Shown: positions 10,504 to 20,056, counted from the stretch's first letter. The stretch is DNA of 64,000 nucleotides from an uncultured Armatimonadetes bacterium (GCA_963716175.1 OY970296.1:4160001-4224000), one strand, 5' to 3'. The notes: generated from the letters alone by a model not told the origin. Program-made: numbers and translations.

Positions 10504-10590
10504 GAGAGGACGGTACCGTCCCTATCAACTTCAGTCTCTTGTATCAGCCTGCCTAGCTTTTCAGGTTCTACGCTAGGAGGCGGTACCGTC
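10452..10590 (-). ncRNA. Candidate small RNA of about 140 nt
   Basis: Lies between a consensus-like promoter and a terminator, has no ORF, and has a long 5' stem. Confidence 0.6.
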
Positions 10591-10594
10591 CAGT

Positions 10595-10623
10595 ATTATG
10601 TACCCTTACCTTAACCCCGTCAA
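10595..10623 (-). promoter_or_regulatory. Sigma70-type promoter of the candidate sRNA
   Basis: Minus strand TTGACG-17bp-CATAAT. Confidence 0.7.
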
Positions 10624-11055
10624 ACTAATCTGTGCCCCGGGTTACACACTAGGTGTCCTGTGGCGGGGGAATGTACGAATAGTAGGACACGGGCCAACCG
10701 CGTGCTGGCGTGGTGCTATCTGCCTGCGCGGCGAGAGTATGGTTGGTCCAACAAGCAGGCGGCTACGCCAGACCAGGAGGGAAGCTGGCCCTCTCCCCGG
10801 CCCCGAGGCCCGGGGGAGATTGGCCTCCCGCTGCGGGGGCAACACCGTTCCAGGACACGTCCAGCATGGGATGCACGCTTGCGTTTCCGGGCGCGCTCGC
10901 CGCGGAGTGCCATGTATCAATGGTGTGAGCGCGCGACAAGAAGCGCTTTAGCGTGCGCAGGCCACTTGGTGGTATCCAATGGGGACGTGACCGTCCAGCG
11001 TTGGTTTCGGGGTCGGCGCCGATAACTGCCGGTCACACCCGATGGGGGTGAAGCG

Positions 11056-11085
11056 TTGACAGGCGACGAAAGGGGTGCCTATAAT
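11056..11085 (+). promoter_or_regulatory. Sigma70 promoter of the glycosyltransferase
   Basis: TTGACA-18bp-TATAAT. Confidence 0.75.
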
Positions 11086-11115
11086 GCGCCCCGATTTGGC
11101 GACCAGGGAAAGTGA

Positions 11116-11793
11116 ATGAAAGCATCCGCGGTTATTCCCGCCTACAACGAAGCCGAGCGCATCGAGCGGGTGTTGAACGCAGTAGCCTCATCGGCCTCAG
11201 TTGACCAGATCATAGTGGTGGACGACGGGTCGCGCGACCGGACGGCGGCGGTGGCAGCGCAGCACAATGGGGCGGTAGTAGTGCGGCTGGCCCAGAACCA
11301 GGGGAAAGCGGCAGCGATGGCGGCCGGAGTGCGGCGGGCCAGGAACCAGGTAGTGGTTTTCCTGGACGCGGACCTAGTGGGGCTGACTGACCATCACGTG
11401 GACGACCTGGTGGCCCCGGTGCTGAGGGGCGAGGCGGACATGACCGTGGGGCAGTTCCAGGGGGGACGGGGGTGGATCACACTCTGGCAGCGCCTGGTGC
11501 CGGCGATATCAGGCCAGCGGGCGATGCGAGCGGCTGATTTCATGGGGGTGCCGAACCTGGAGGGCGCCGGCTTCGGGGTGGAGCTGGCGATCTCCAGGCA
11601 TGCCGCGCGGCGGCGACTGCGCACTCGCCTCGTCTATCTCCCCGAGATGACGCACGTGATAAAGGAGGAGAAGCGGGGCCTGCTGCGGGGCCTGCGCGAT
11701 CGCATCGTGATGTACGCGCAGATGCTGCGATCGGCGCTGGGCAATGGCTATCATCACCTGCAAGAGACAGCGGAAGAGAGGGACCGAGGCTGA
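11116..11793 (+). CDS. Glycosyltransferase family 2
   Basis: VIPAYNEA, VVDDGSRD, NQGK, FLDAD. Confidence 0.92.
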   Translation: MKASAVIPAYNEAERIERVLNAVASSASVDQIIVVDDGSRDRTAAVAAQHNGAVVVRLAQNQGKAAAMAAGVRRARNQVVVFLDADLVGLTDHHVDDLVAPVLRGEADMTVGQFQGGRGWITLWQRLVPAISGQRAMRAADFMGVPNLEGAGFGVELAISRHAARRRLRTRLVYLPEMTHVIKEEKRGLLRGLRDRIVMYAQMLRSALGNGYHHLQETAEERDRG

Positions 11794-11904
11794 CGGGTCC
11801 CGTGTCCGGCCCTATGAGTCTCTAACGGGACAGTCTGCGGGGCTGTATCAAAGCCAGCGCGGGAGGATGACAGCCCACTCGAAGGGGTTCGGACACAGCC
11901 TTTG

Positions 11905-12606
11905 ATGGGTGCCACGCTCACTATTCGACTCCACTGTTGGGTCTGCGACCAACGCTTCGAGGCCGAGCAGCCACGTTCGTATGCCCTCTCCGGCCGCGGG
12001 TCCGACCTGTGTCCCAGGCCGGTCGGACTCAACCCTCTCCCGCTGCTGGTGCACATCTGCCCCAACTGCGGCTTCACCGGGGACGGCCGCGGCTTCGACC
12101 CCGAGCAGGCCGATGACCAGGTGCAGGAGTGGGTGCTGGCAGGGGGCCTGACGGCGTTGGATAGAGACAGTGACCGCAGCGATGTGAAGTATGAGCGAGC
12201 CGCGCTCTGCCATGCGCGGCGCCGGCGGCCCAGTCCGCTGCAAGTGGCGGAGTTCTACCTGGCGGCTTCCTGGTCGGCCCAGTTGGAGGAGGCGCCAGAG
12301 CGTGCGCCGAGCTACCAGGAGGAGGCGGCGGGGCACCTGGAACGAGCGCTCTTGATCGGGGAGGTCGCGGACGAAGAACGGGCGATCATGAGCTACCTGG
12401 CCGGGGAACTGCGCCGGCGGCTGGGGGAGTTCGAGGCCGCGCTGCAGCTTTTCGATGAAGCGGCAGTGGAGTTCACCCAGCACGGCGGACCGCGCTGGCT
12501 GCTGCAAGCGCTGGGACAGCAGGCGGGCCTGGCGAAGCACCGGTCCAGCGCGGAGGCGGAGCTGGCGGTCGGGAAGAGGAGCGACGGGAACACCACCCGG
12601 CACTAA
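11905..12606 (+). CDS. DUF2225-like protein (zinc ribbon plus TPR-like helices)
   Basis: CWVC...SDLCP...NPL...VHICPNCGF; YLAGELRRRLGEFEAA. Confidence 0.72.
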   Translation: MGATLTIRLHCWVCDQRFEAEQPRSYALSGRGSDLCPRPVGLNPLPLLVHICPNCGFTGDGRGFDPEQADDQVQEWVLAGGLTALDRDSDRSDVKYERAALCHARRRRPSPLQVAEFYLAASWSAQLEEAPERAPSYQEEAAGHLERALLIGEVADEERAIMSYLAGELRRRLGEFEAALQLFDEAAVEFTQHGGPRWLLQALGQQAGLAKHRSSAEAELAVGKRSDGNTTRH

Positions 12607-12703
12607 AGAGCTTCGCCAAATGAAGTAACACGGCGAAGCTCAAGAAGCGGCCCAGACAGGCACAGGGCGATGTTCGCGCAATGAAGTAACATTGCGCGAA
12701 CGT
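12603..12703. mobile_element. MITE-like element A, copy 2 (inverted)
   Basis: Matches 3178-3281 and begins at the TAA stop of the upstream gene. Confidence 0.7.
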
Positions 12704-12767
12704 CTTTCTTCAGGCATTCCCTGGCTTTCTGATGAATGTCGCCCGTTACTTCTTTGGGCGACATTCA

Positions 12768-13088
12768 TTAGGCACCTGCCCGGAAGATGCGCCGGAACAC
12801 CTGCGGCAGATGCTGTCGGGCCGCAAGCCCGAAGGCGAGGAAGAACGTGCCCAGCGCAAAGCCCCACCAGAACCAAGGTCCGGGGCCGCCGGGCAAGGAG
12901 CCGCGCAGCATGGGCGCGAACACTTGCCAGGCAAGGGCCAGGAACAGACCCACCCCCAGCAGGATGGAGGTGAAGATGCAGTAGGCCACTCGCCTCGGAT
13001 GGCGCCTCAGGAACGCCAGATAGGCGCCGCAGACCGGGCACCAGTCGCCCGGCCTGCCGTGTTCAGAATCACACACAGGGCAAACCAA
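12768..13088 (-). CDS. Small zinc-ribbon membrane protein, hypothetical
   Basis: CPVC..CPVCG then 2 TM segments. The extra N-terminus in the ORF track is translated element B, so the start is placed at TTG 13088. Confidence 0.6.
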   Translation of the reverse strand: MVCPVCDSEHGRPGDWCPVCGAYLAFLRRHPRRVAYCIFTSILLGVGLFLALAWQVFAPMLRGSLPGGPGPWFWWGFALGTFFLAFGLAARQHLPQVFRRIFRAGA

Positions 13089-13127
13089 CGAACCACACCC
13101 CCCTTGAGATAACTCGCCGCCCTCCCC

Positions 13128-13258
13128 AGAAGCTGTTTCATAACCTTCCCAGGGGGAGGCTATGAAACAGCCCCGCACAGCGTCAGGCCGTGGCCGGCGC
13201 ATTTCATGCGAGGGCGTGGTGCGGCCAGCCAGCAGGTAGGTTATCAAATGCGCGCTAG
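13128..13258. mobile_element. MITE-like element B, copy 2
   Basis: Direct match to 3280-3409. Confidence 0.72.
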
Positions 13259-13667
13259 TCTGTTATTCCACAGGCGAGCGCTGAGGTTCACCAGAGCGGG
13301 CTGGAGGAGGCACCCGCGTCGCCAGCCCTCGCCGGCGATGCGGGGATAGCTCTGCGCGCCACCCGCGGCGGCCGGCGCCGCGCGCTTCACATGATCGGGG
13401 ACGAGAGCTATACTGCTAGGAAAGCTGGCGGGATGCGAGTCGCCGATGTCACCTGCTCGGCCTGAGAAGGATGGTCCAGGCGGCCTGCTCCGAAGCTCGG
13501 ACGACGAGGCGTTCCCGGCCTCAGCTCACATGTCCACCGCCCCGGCGGGCGGTGGCGCCGCTTGTGCGAAACGAACGGGTGTGATAGGCTAGGATATCAA
13601 TTAGCTCAAGGCTGCACTAATTCTCTGGATGCCCAGAGGGATCGAGATCAAGCCTAGGAGGCGCGTG

Positions 13668-14891
13668 ATGGCGAAGACGCTGGAGGAGATCAACCAGAAG
13701 ATTCGGCGAGGCCAGGTAGTGGTGGTCACGGCCGAAGAGATGGTCGGGATCGTGGCCGAGAGAGGGCCCAAGAAGGCGGCTGAGGCGATTGACGTGGTGA
13801 CCACGGGCACCTTCGGCGCGATGTGCTCCTCCGGGCTGATGATGAACCTTGGGCACTCCCGCCCCCGCATCAAGCTGGGCGGGGGACAGGTGCGACTGAA
13901 CCGGGTGCCCGCCTACGCGGGCCTGGCCGCGGTGGATATCTACCTGGGGGCCACCGCGCTGCCGGACGAGGATCCGCGCAACGCGGTGTTCCCGGGCGAG
14001 TTCCGCTATGGCGGCGCGCATGTGATCGAGGACCTGGTGGCCGGCCGGCGAGTGCTGCTGGAGGCCAGCAGCTATGGGACCGACTGCTATCCGCGGCGTC
14101 AGATCAGCACCTGGATCACGCTGCAGGAGCTGAACGAGGCCTACCTGTTCAACCCAAGGAACGGTTACCAGAACTACAACGTGGCGGTCAATCGCTCGGA
14201 CCGGACCATCTATACCTACATGGGGGTGTTGAAGCCGCATCTTGGCTGCGCGAACTACTGCAGCGCGGGCCAGCTCTCGCCGCTGCTGAACGACCCGAAC
14301 TACCGCACCATCGGGCTAGGCAGCCGGATCTTCCTGGGGGGCGGCATCGGTTACGTGGCCTGGCAAGGTACCCAGCACAGCCCGGCGGCGCCGCGCAATG
14401 AACGCGGTATCCCGGTCTCGGGGGCGGCGACGCTGGCGGTGGTGGGCGACTTGAAGCAGATGTCGGCCCACTGGGTGCGCGGGGCGAGCTTCCGCGGCTA
14501 TGGCACTACGCTGATGGTCGGGCTGGGCCTGCCCATCCCGGTGCTGGACGAGGAGATCGCGGCCCAGACCGGGGTGTCCGATGCCGACATCCAGGCCTCC
14601 GTGGTGGATTACGGTCGCGCCTACCCGGAGCGGCAGCCGGAGGTGATCTGCCGGGTCAGCTACGCCCAGCTCAAGTCGGGGACGATCGCGGTGGAGGAGA
14701 AGACGGTGCCCACCACGCCGCTGTCCAGCTACCCGCGGGCGCGGGAGGCGGCCGAGACCCTGAAGCAGTGGATTGCCGAAGGCAGGTTCGAGCTGACCGC
14801 GCCGGCCGCTCCCATCCCGGGCCCCGAGTCCGCGATGATGATGCGGCCCATGGCGGATCACCCGCCAGAGCAGAGCGCGACAACTAGCTGA
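13668..14891 (+). CDS. Homocysteine biosynthesis protein (L-aspartate semialdehyde sulfurtransferase, DUF39), without CBS domains
   Basis: KTLEEINQKI, DVVTTGTFGAMCSSG, YGTDCYPR, NPRNGYQNY, AGQLSPLLNDP; AGGAGG SD. Confidence 0.9.
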   Translation: MAKTLEEINQKIRRGQVVVVTAEEMVGIVAERGPKKAAEAIDVVTTGTFGAMCSSGLMMNLGHSRPRIKLGGGQVRLNRVPAYAGLAAVDIYLGATALPDEDPRNAVFPGEFRYGGAHVIEDLVAGRRVLLEASSYGTDCYPRRQISTWITLQELNEAYLFNPRNGYQNYNVAVNRSDRTIYTYMGVLKPHLGCANYCSAGQLSPLLNDPNYRTIGLGSRIFLGGGIGYVAWQGTQHSPAAPRNERGIPVSGAATLAVVGDLKQMSAHWVRGASFRGYGTTLMVGLGLPIPVLDEEIAAQTGVSDADIQASVVDYGRAYPERQPEVICRVSYAQLKSGTIAVEEKTVPTTPLSSYPRAREAAETLKQWIAEGRFELTAPAAPIPGPESAMMMRPMADHPPEQSATTS

Positions 14892-14917
14892 GCCAGCCTG
14901 CAAGCTGAAAGGAAACA

Positions 14918-15331
14918 GTGATGCGAGTCTCCCATAAAGTCGTGCTTCACTTCCCGCCCGTGGTGGTGGAACAGCCCGTGGTGTATCACCTCGCGCGCGA
15001 CTACGAGCTGGCCTTCAACATTCTGAAGGCCTCCATCAACCCCCAGGAAGAGGGGCTGATGGTGATCGAGCTGAGCGGGGAGCAGTCCGATTACGAGCGG
15101 GCCAGCAGCTACCTGGCGAAGCAGGGGATCCGGGTGCAGCCACTGCTGCAGGACATCCGCAAGAACGACGAGCGCTGTGTGGACTGCGGCGCCTGTGTCG
15201 GGATCTGCCCCTCTCAAGCGCTCACCCTGGAGCGACCCTCCATGAAGGTGCTCTTCCGGGCGGAGGACTGCGTGGCCTGTGGGGAGTGCGTTCCGACCTG
15301 CCCGGTGCGGGCGATGGAGCTGCATTTCTGA
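14918..15331 (+). CDS. NIL-domain 2x[4Fe-4S] ferredoxin, partner of the DUF39 protein
   Basis: FNILKA motif; CVDCGACVGICP and CVACGECVPTCP. Confidence 0.9.
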   Translation: MMRVSHKVVLHFPPVVVEQPVVYHLARDYELAFNILKASINPQEEGLMVIELSGEQSDYERASSYLAKQGIRVQPLLQDIRKNDERCVDCGACVGICPSQALTLERPSMKVLFRAEDCVACGECVPTCPVRAMELHF

Positions 15332-15454
15332 GAGGCGAACGGCATCCATCCGCAGATGAACGCAGATGAACACGGATCGCGGGGCGGGCGTGTCTCAGAC
15401 GCCCGCCCCGCGAGTAAACTGGGATGCGGGCGATAGCGGAAAGAGGAGCGGCGC

Positions 15455-16201
15455 ATGCGAGATGAGCCGCGCACCTATCGGGGATGGCTGCGCAGCGAGC
15501 TGCGCCAGTTCCGCGTGCGCATTGCCGAGTCAGACCTATTGATCAGCGCCGAGCGCCCGCTCCGCAGCCTGGCGGAGCGGGCGCTGCGTTCCGCCCGGGC
15601 CGATCTGGAGGCATACCTGCAGTCGGACCCGGGGTTCAGGGAGGCGCTGCGCCCATACGACCCCGGGCCGGAGGCGGCCCCCCTCGTGCAAGAGATGGCC
15701 CAGGCCGCGCGCGCGTGCGGCGTGGGGCCGATGGCAGCGGTGGCCGGCGCGGTGGCCGAGCAGGTGGGGCGCGCGCTGCTGGCCGAGACCGGCCAGGTGA
15801 TCGTGGAGAACGGGGGCGATATCTTCCTCTACAGCACGCGTGTCCGGACCGCGGCCATCTGCGCCGGCTCCTCCCCTCTCTCCGGGCGGCTGGGCCTTCG
15901 CGTTTCGCGCACCGAGCAAGCACTCGGTTTGTGCACTTCGTCTGGGACGGTGGGGCCTTCGTTGAGCCTCGGGCGAGCGGACGCGGCGATGGTGCTGGCA
16001 ACCTCGGCCGCCCTCGCCGACGCCGCCGCCACCGCGCTGGGCAACCGCGTTCAGAGCGAGAACGACATCGCGAGCGCGCTGGAGCACCTGCAGACCATCG
16101 AGGGGGTGCTGGGGGGCGCGGTGATCATCGGCGAGCACCTGGGGGCGTGGGGGGAGGTGGAATTCGTGCCTGTGTCGCCGGAGGAACGCGGTCGGGCATA
16201 G
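15455..16201 (+). CDS. UPF0280 family (ApbE superfamily) protein
   Basis: GVGPMAAVAGAVA, ENGGDI, CTSSGTVGPSLSLGRADA, ADAAATALGN. Confidence 0.9.
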   Translation: MRDEPRTYRGWLRSELRQFRVRIAESDLLISAERPLRSLAERALRSARADLEAYLQSDPGFREALRPYDPGPEAAPLVQEMAQAARACGVGPMAAVAGAVAEQVGRALLAETGQVIVENGGDIFLYSTRVRTAAICAGSSPLSGRLGLRVSRTEQALGLCTSSGTVGPSLSLGRADAAMVLATSAALADAAATALGNRVQSENDIASALEHLQTIEGVLGGAVIIGEHLGAWGEVEFVPVSPEERGRA

Positions 16202-16260
16202 ACGCGAACCGCTCGCGCCGGTAGAATGACGCTGCATGCCAAGGGGAGGACCAAGCACAG

Positions 16261-16497
16261 ATGCAACCGCTGCGGCGCACAATCCAGGCTGTCATCAGAC
16301 CAGGCGAGGAAAGCGGCTTTGTGGCCGAATGCCTGGAGCTTGCTGTCGTCACCCAAGGGAGGACCCTGGATGAGACAGTGGCCAATCTGCGGGAGGCGGT
16401 GTCGCTTCATCTGGAGGGCGAGGACCTGGCAGCCCTAGGGCTGGCCCCCGAGCCAACCATCGTGATCAGCATGGAGCTAGAGCCGGTACATGCCTAG
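16261..16497 (+). CDS. hicB: Type II TA antitoxin HicB
   Basis: FVAECLELAVVTQGRTLDETVANLREAVSLHLE. Confidence 0.88.
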   Translation: MQPLRRTIQAVIRPGEESGFVAECLELAVVTQGRTLDETVANLREAVSLHLEGEDLAALGLAPEPTIVISMELEPVHA

Positions 16498-16735
16498 ACT
16501 GCGGCGGCTCTCGGGTCAGGATGCGATCCGCGCACTCGCCGGCTTTGGCTTCCGTCCTACGTCCCAGCGGGGCAGCCATGTGAAACTAGTCCGACTGACA
16601 CCCGAAGGAGCGAGGCAGACTCTGACCGTTCCCGATCACCGCGAACTGGACCCTGGAACCTTGAAGGCGATCTTTCGTCAGGCGTCTCGCTACGTGCCGG
16701 CTGACGAGCTTCGCCCGCTTTTCTACCATGGATAG
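16490..16735 (+). CDS. hicA: Type II TA toxin HicA
   Basis: QRGSHVKL...TVPDHRELDPGTLKAIFRQA; overlaps hicB. Confidence 0.9.
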   Translation: MPRLRRLSGQDAIRALAGFGFRPTSQRGSHVKLVRLTPEGARQTLTVPDHRELDPGTLKAIFRQASRYVPADELRPLFYHG

Positions 16736-16853
16736 ATCTCGGGGACAACGGCGGGGCAAGGGGGCAATGATGGGCAAGCGCCCAGAGGCGCGGGCGAGGT
16801 GGAGGTGGTGCGGGTCGAAAGGCCATCCGCCGATGGACGCCGATGAACAGGGA

Positions 16854-16935
16854 TAGTTTCGGGACCAGCGGTCCCGAAACACCGGAAGCCGATAGACACG
16901 GGTAGTTTCGGGACCAGAGGTCCCGAAACACCGGA
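16854..16935. repeat. Two direct copies of a 33-bp hairpin repeat
   Basis: TAGTTTCGGGACCAG(C/A)GGTCCCGAAACACCGGA at 16854 and 16903. Confidence 0.85.
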
Positions 16936-17014
16936 CTAGTCCTTGTGCGCCCCCAGGAGCACGCTGCCGGGTTGTGGTAGTGTTGCATCCCAGCAACTCG
17001 AAGCGAGGTGAGCT

Positions 17015-18712
17015 ATGGCCAGGGAAAAGGCGGAGGTAGTGCCGCGGTACGGCAGATGGAGGCGCAGCTTCGACCGGAGGCTGGGCGTGGACCGGGTCGA
17101 GTTCGTGCTGCCAGAGGGAGCGCCGGAGGAGGCCTCCATCCAGGTTCGCCCCACGTTTCTGCACCAACCGGCCGAGCTGGAGTACGATGAGCACGGCTAC
17201 GAGGCGGTGGCGCCGCGGGGCGAGCCAGTCACCGCGGTGCGGTTCACACCCGCGCACGAGGGCGTCTACCGCTATCGCGCTTTCCGCGGGCAGGAGTCGG
17301 TCGAGGAGGGCAGCTTCCGATGCGATCCCTCGGATCACCCGGGCTATGTGGAAGTGAGCAAGCGCGATCCCCGCTACTTCGCTTTTTCCGACGGCTCGTC
17401 TTACTGCGCCATCGGCCTCAACCTGTGCGGGCCGTGCTTCTACCGGCTTCCTCGGGGGTCCGAGCACTTCCGCGTGTCCGGCCAGTCGGCCACCCTGGGC
17501 TGCGGCGACTATGGGCGCTGGTTCCGCGAGCTGTCCGCCGCCGGCGGCAACTTCGCCCGCCTCTGGCTCTCGAACCGCTACTTCGAGGCCCAGACCGAAG
17601 TGGCGGGCGAGCTGGACCTGGCGGCCTTCGCCCGGGTGGAGGCGGTGATCGAGCTGGCGAGGCGGTACGGCATCCGCCTCAAGCTTTGCCTGGAGAACTT
17701 CCGCGCCCTCGACCCCAAGCTGGCCGACCAGTACACGGTGCTCAAGCACCCGGAGGACGGCCGCAGCCCGCGCGATATGGACGAGTGGTTCCTGCAGGAG
17801 ACCTGGCAGGAGCTGTGGTGGAAGCGGGTGCGCGCTTACCTGGCGCGCTACAGCGACGATCCCGTCGTGATGGCGTGGGAGCTGTGGAACGAGATCAACT
17901 GCTGCGTCACCAGTGACTGGTCAGTGCAGCGGGAGTGGACGCGGCGCACCCTGCCGCGGATCAAGGCCCTCTCGCCGCGTAATCTGGTGGTGAACTCGGT
18001 CGGGAGCTTCGACTACGAGCCCTACCAGAGCTGGTACGATGACTTCAAGATGGAGGAGATGGACTTCCAGCAGGTCCATCGCTATCTCGACCAGGGAGCG
18101 CGGATGGAAATCTGCCGGCACGATCCCCCCGCCTTCTCGGTTGATGCCATCGAGCGCGCCCGGCGGCCGGACCGGCCGGTGCTGCTGGCCGAGACCGGAG
18201 CGGTGAATGACGCGCACACCGGGCCCTTCCGCTACTGCCGCATGGATCACCGCGGCATCATCTTCCACGACACCACCTTTCCCGCGTTCTTCGCGGGGGC
18301 CGCGGGCACCGGGCACATCTGGCACTGGGATAGCTATGTGGACCAGAAGGATCTGTTCGGGGCGTTCCGGCCCTTCGCCGATCTGATCGCGGGAGTGCAG
18401 CTCGACGCGGAGGATTTCCGCGCCTTCGACCTCTCGACCGAGAAGATGTGGGCGCTCGGCTTGCGGGGGAAGCAGCATCTGCTGCTGTGGGTGCGCAACC
18501 GGGCGGACTCGTGGTATCGGACGCTGCGTGACCGGCAAGCGCCGCACCGGCTCCGGGGCCAGCAACTGGACCTGCGATCCCTGGGGATAGGGGCGGGCGA
18601 GGTGTCTGTTTTCCATTCCTGGCACGAGCGGGTCGGGCCGGCGCGGCTGACGGCCGGGCTGCTGCGCCTGCCGGATTTCCGCTTTGGGTTAATGGTCAAG
18701 GTGAGGGGGTAA
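17015..18712 (+). CDS. Glycoside hydrolase, clan GH-A (GH5-like)
   Basis: AWELWNE (acid/base), QVHRY, VLLAETG (nucleophile). Confidence 0.8.
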   Translation: MAREKAEVVPRYGRWRRSFDRRLGVDRVEFVLPEGAPEEASIQVRPTFLHQPAELEYDEHGYEAVAPRGEPVTAVRFTPAHEGVYRYRAFRGQESVEEGSFRCDPSDHPGYVEVSKRDPRYFAFSDGSSYCAIGLNLCGPCFYRLPRGSEHFRVSGQSATLGCGDYGRWFRELSAAGGNFARLWLSNRYFEAQTEVAGELDLAAFARVEAVIELARRYGIRLKLCLENFRALDPKLADQYTVLKHPEDGRSPRDMDEWFLQETWQELWWKRVRAYLARYSDDPVVMAWELWNEINCCVTSDWSVQREWTRRTLPRIKALSPRNLVVNSVGSFDYEPYQSWYDDFKMEEMDFQQVHRYLDQGARMEICRHDPPAFSVDAIERARRPDRPVLLAETGAVNDAHTGPFRYCRMDHRGIIFHDTTFPAFFAGAAGTGHIWHWDSYVDQKDLFGAFRPFADLIAGVQLDAEDFRAFDLSTEKMWALGLRGKQHLLLWVRNRADSWYRTLRDRQAPHRLRGQQLDLRSLGIGAGEVSVFHSWHERVGPARLTAGLLRLPDFRFGLMVKVRG

Positions 18713-18845
18713 GGGATAGGCCAGGAGCAAGCTCCTGCCCAACGGTCAGAGGCCAGGCGGCGGGCGTGGGTCCCTAGGCCTGAAGGCCGGGATGGCGGTC
18801 GCCCCAGCGGCGACCTAGCCACACGCCCGCCCTACAGAACGGCCC

Positions 18846-19679
18846 CTAGGCGTGCACGCCGAACCACACCAGCAGCAACATCCCCAGAGCGATGCGGTAG
18901 AGGGCAAAGGGTAGGAGGGTGCGGGTCTGGAGGTAGCGCAGGAGGAAGCCGATGCAGAGGTAGCCGGAGACGACCGCGGTGAGCATGCCCACGAGGAAGA
19001 GCGGGGCGCTGCCGGGGGGGAGGGTTCCGGGATGGCGGAGGAGGCCCAGAAGGCTGTAAGCGGCGGTGCCGCCGACGATGGGGAGGGAGAGCAGGAAGGA
19101 GAAGCGGGCGGCGGTCTCGCGGGTCATGGCCCTCATCAGGCCGGCGGTGATGGTGATCCCAGACCGGGAGACACCAGGGGCCAGGGCCAGGGCCTGGGCG
19201 CAGCCGATGATGATGCCATCGCTCCAGTTGGCTCTGCCTAGGGCTCGCGTCTTGCGACCGCGCGCGTCGGCGAGCCAGAGCAGGAGCGCGAACAGGATCA
19301 GCTCGCAGGCGACCAGCACGGGCGCGCCCAGCACCTGCTCGATCACCTTCTCCCCCATCACTCCCGCGATGGCGGCCGGGATGGTGCCGATGACGATGAC
19401 CCAGGCGAGGCGGCGCGCGGGGTCGCCGTTGATGCCGCGGCGCAGGCTGAGGAAGAACGCGACGAGCAAGCGCACGATATCTGACCTGAAATAGGCTAGC
19501 AGGGCGAGGAAAGTGCCGGCGTGGAGCGCCACGTCGAACATCTTGTTGAGGTGGGGGTCGGCGAGCAGCTTCCAGCCGAGAGCCTCCCGCACCAGGATCA
19601 GATGGCCGGAACTGCTGACCGGAAGAAACTCGGTGAGGCCCTGCACGATACCGAGCGCGGCGGCTTTGATCAGCTCCAT
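18846..19679 (-). CDS. uppP: Undecaprenyl-diphosphate phosphatase
   Basis: LGIVQGLTEFLPVSSSGHL, PGVSRSG, ARFSFLL; true start MELIKA. The upstream ORF extension is repeat-derived. Confidence 0.96.
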   Translation of the reverse strand: MELIKAAALGIVQGLTEFLPVSSSGHLILVREALGWKLLADPHLNKMFDVALHAGTFLALLAYFRSDIVRLLVAFFLSLRRGINGDPARRLAWVIVIGTIPAAIAGVMGEKVIEQVLGAPVLVACELILFALLLWLADARGRKTRALGRANWSDGIIIGCAQALALAPGVSRSGITITAGLMRAMTRETAARFSFLLSLPIVGGTAAYSLLGLLRHPGTLPPGSAPLFLVGMLTAVVSGYLCIGFLLRYLQTRTLLPFALYRIALGMLLLVWFGVHA

Positions 19680-19757
19680 GGTGCGCCTCTTTCGGCGGAG
19701 AGATGGTGCCAACCTGCTCCGCGGGAGGGAGCGCGGATCGGCGGGGTCAGGAGACCT

Positions 19758-19975
19758 CGCCCGACAACGCGGGCGGCGGGCATCGCCCGGAGGACCGGGC
19801 TCCCACAGAGCGGGCATGGGCCTGCCCGCCCGACAACGCGGGCGGCGGGCATCGCCCGGAGGACCGGGCTCCCACAGAGCGGGCATGGGCCTGCCCGCCC
19901 TACAACGCGGGCGGCGGGCATCGCCCGGAGGACCGGGCTCCCACAGACTGGGCATGAGCCTGCCCGCCCTACAGG
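19758..19975. repeat. Tandem array of three 69-bp BIME-like units plus a partial unit
   Basis: Units start at 19758, 19827 and 19896; each holds a GT(A/C)GGGCGGGC palindrome and GTGGGAGCCCGGTCCTCCGGGCGA (minus strand). Confidence 0.9.
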
Positions 19976-20056
19976 GGCAGGAGGCAATCCGCCTTCGCCG
20001 AAGCTTCGGCGGACAGGGCTCCGGCCCGAGGGATGGCGACGACGAGGAGACTCCAG

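Noticed and set aside
10598-11025. Short ORFs in the glcE-glycosyltransferase gap
   Set aside because: No family motifs or well-spaced SD; the hairpins there could not be assigned a function
13262-13271. DnaA-box-like TTATTCCACA
   Set aside because: Single imperfect match with no oriC context
16854-16935. Two 33-bp palindromic repeats as a mini-CRISPR
   Set aside because: Only two copies, a 16-bp spacer, and no cas genes or leader
19758-19975. 69-bp tandem repeat as a CRISPR array or as a repeat N-terminus of UppP
   Set aside because: No unique spacers and no cas genes; it is built from REP motifs, and UppP starts at MELIKA
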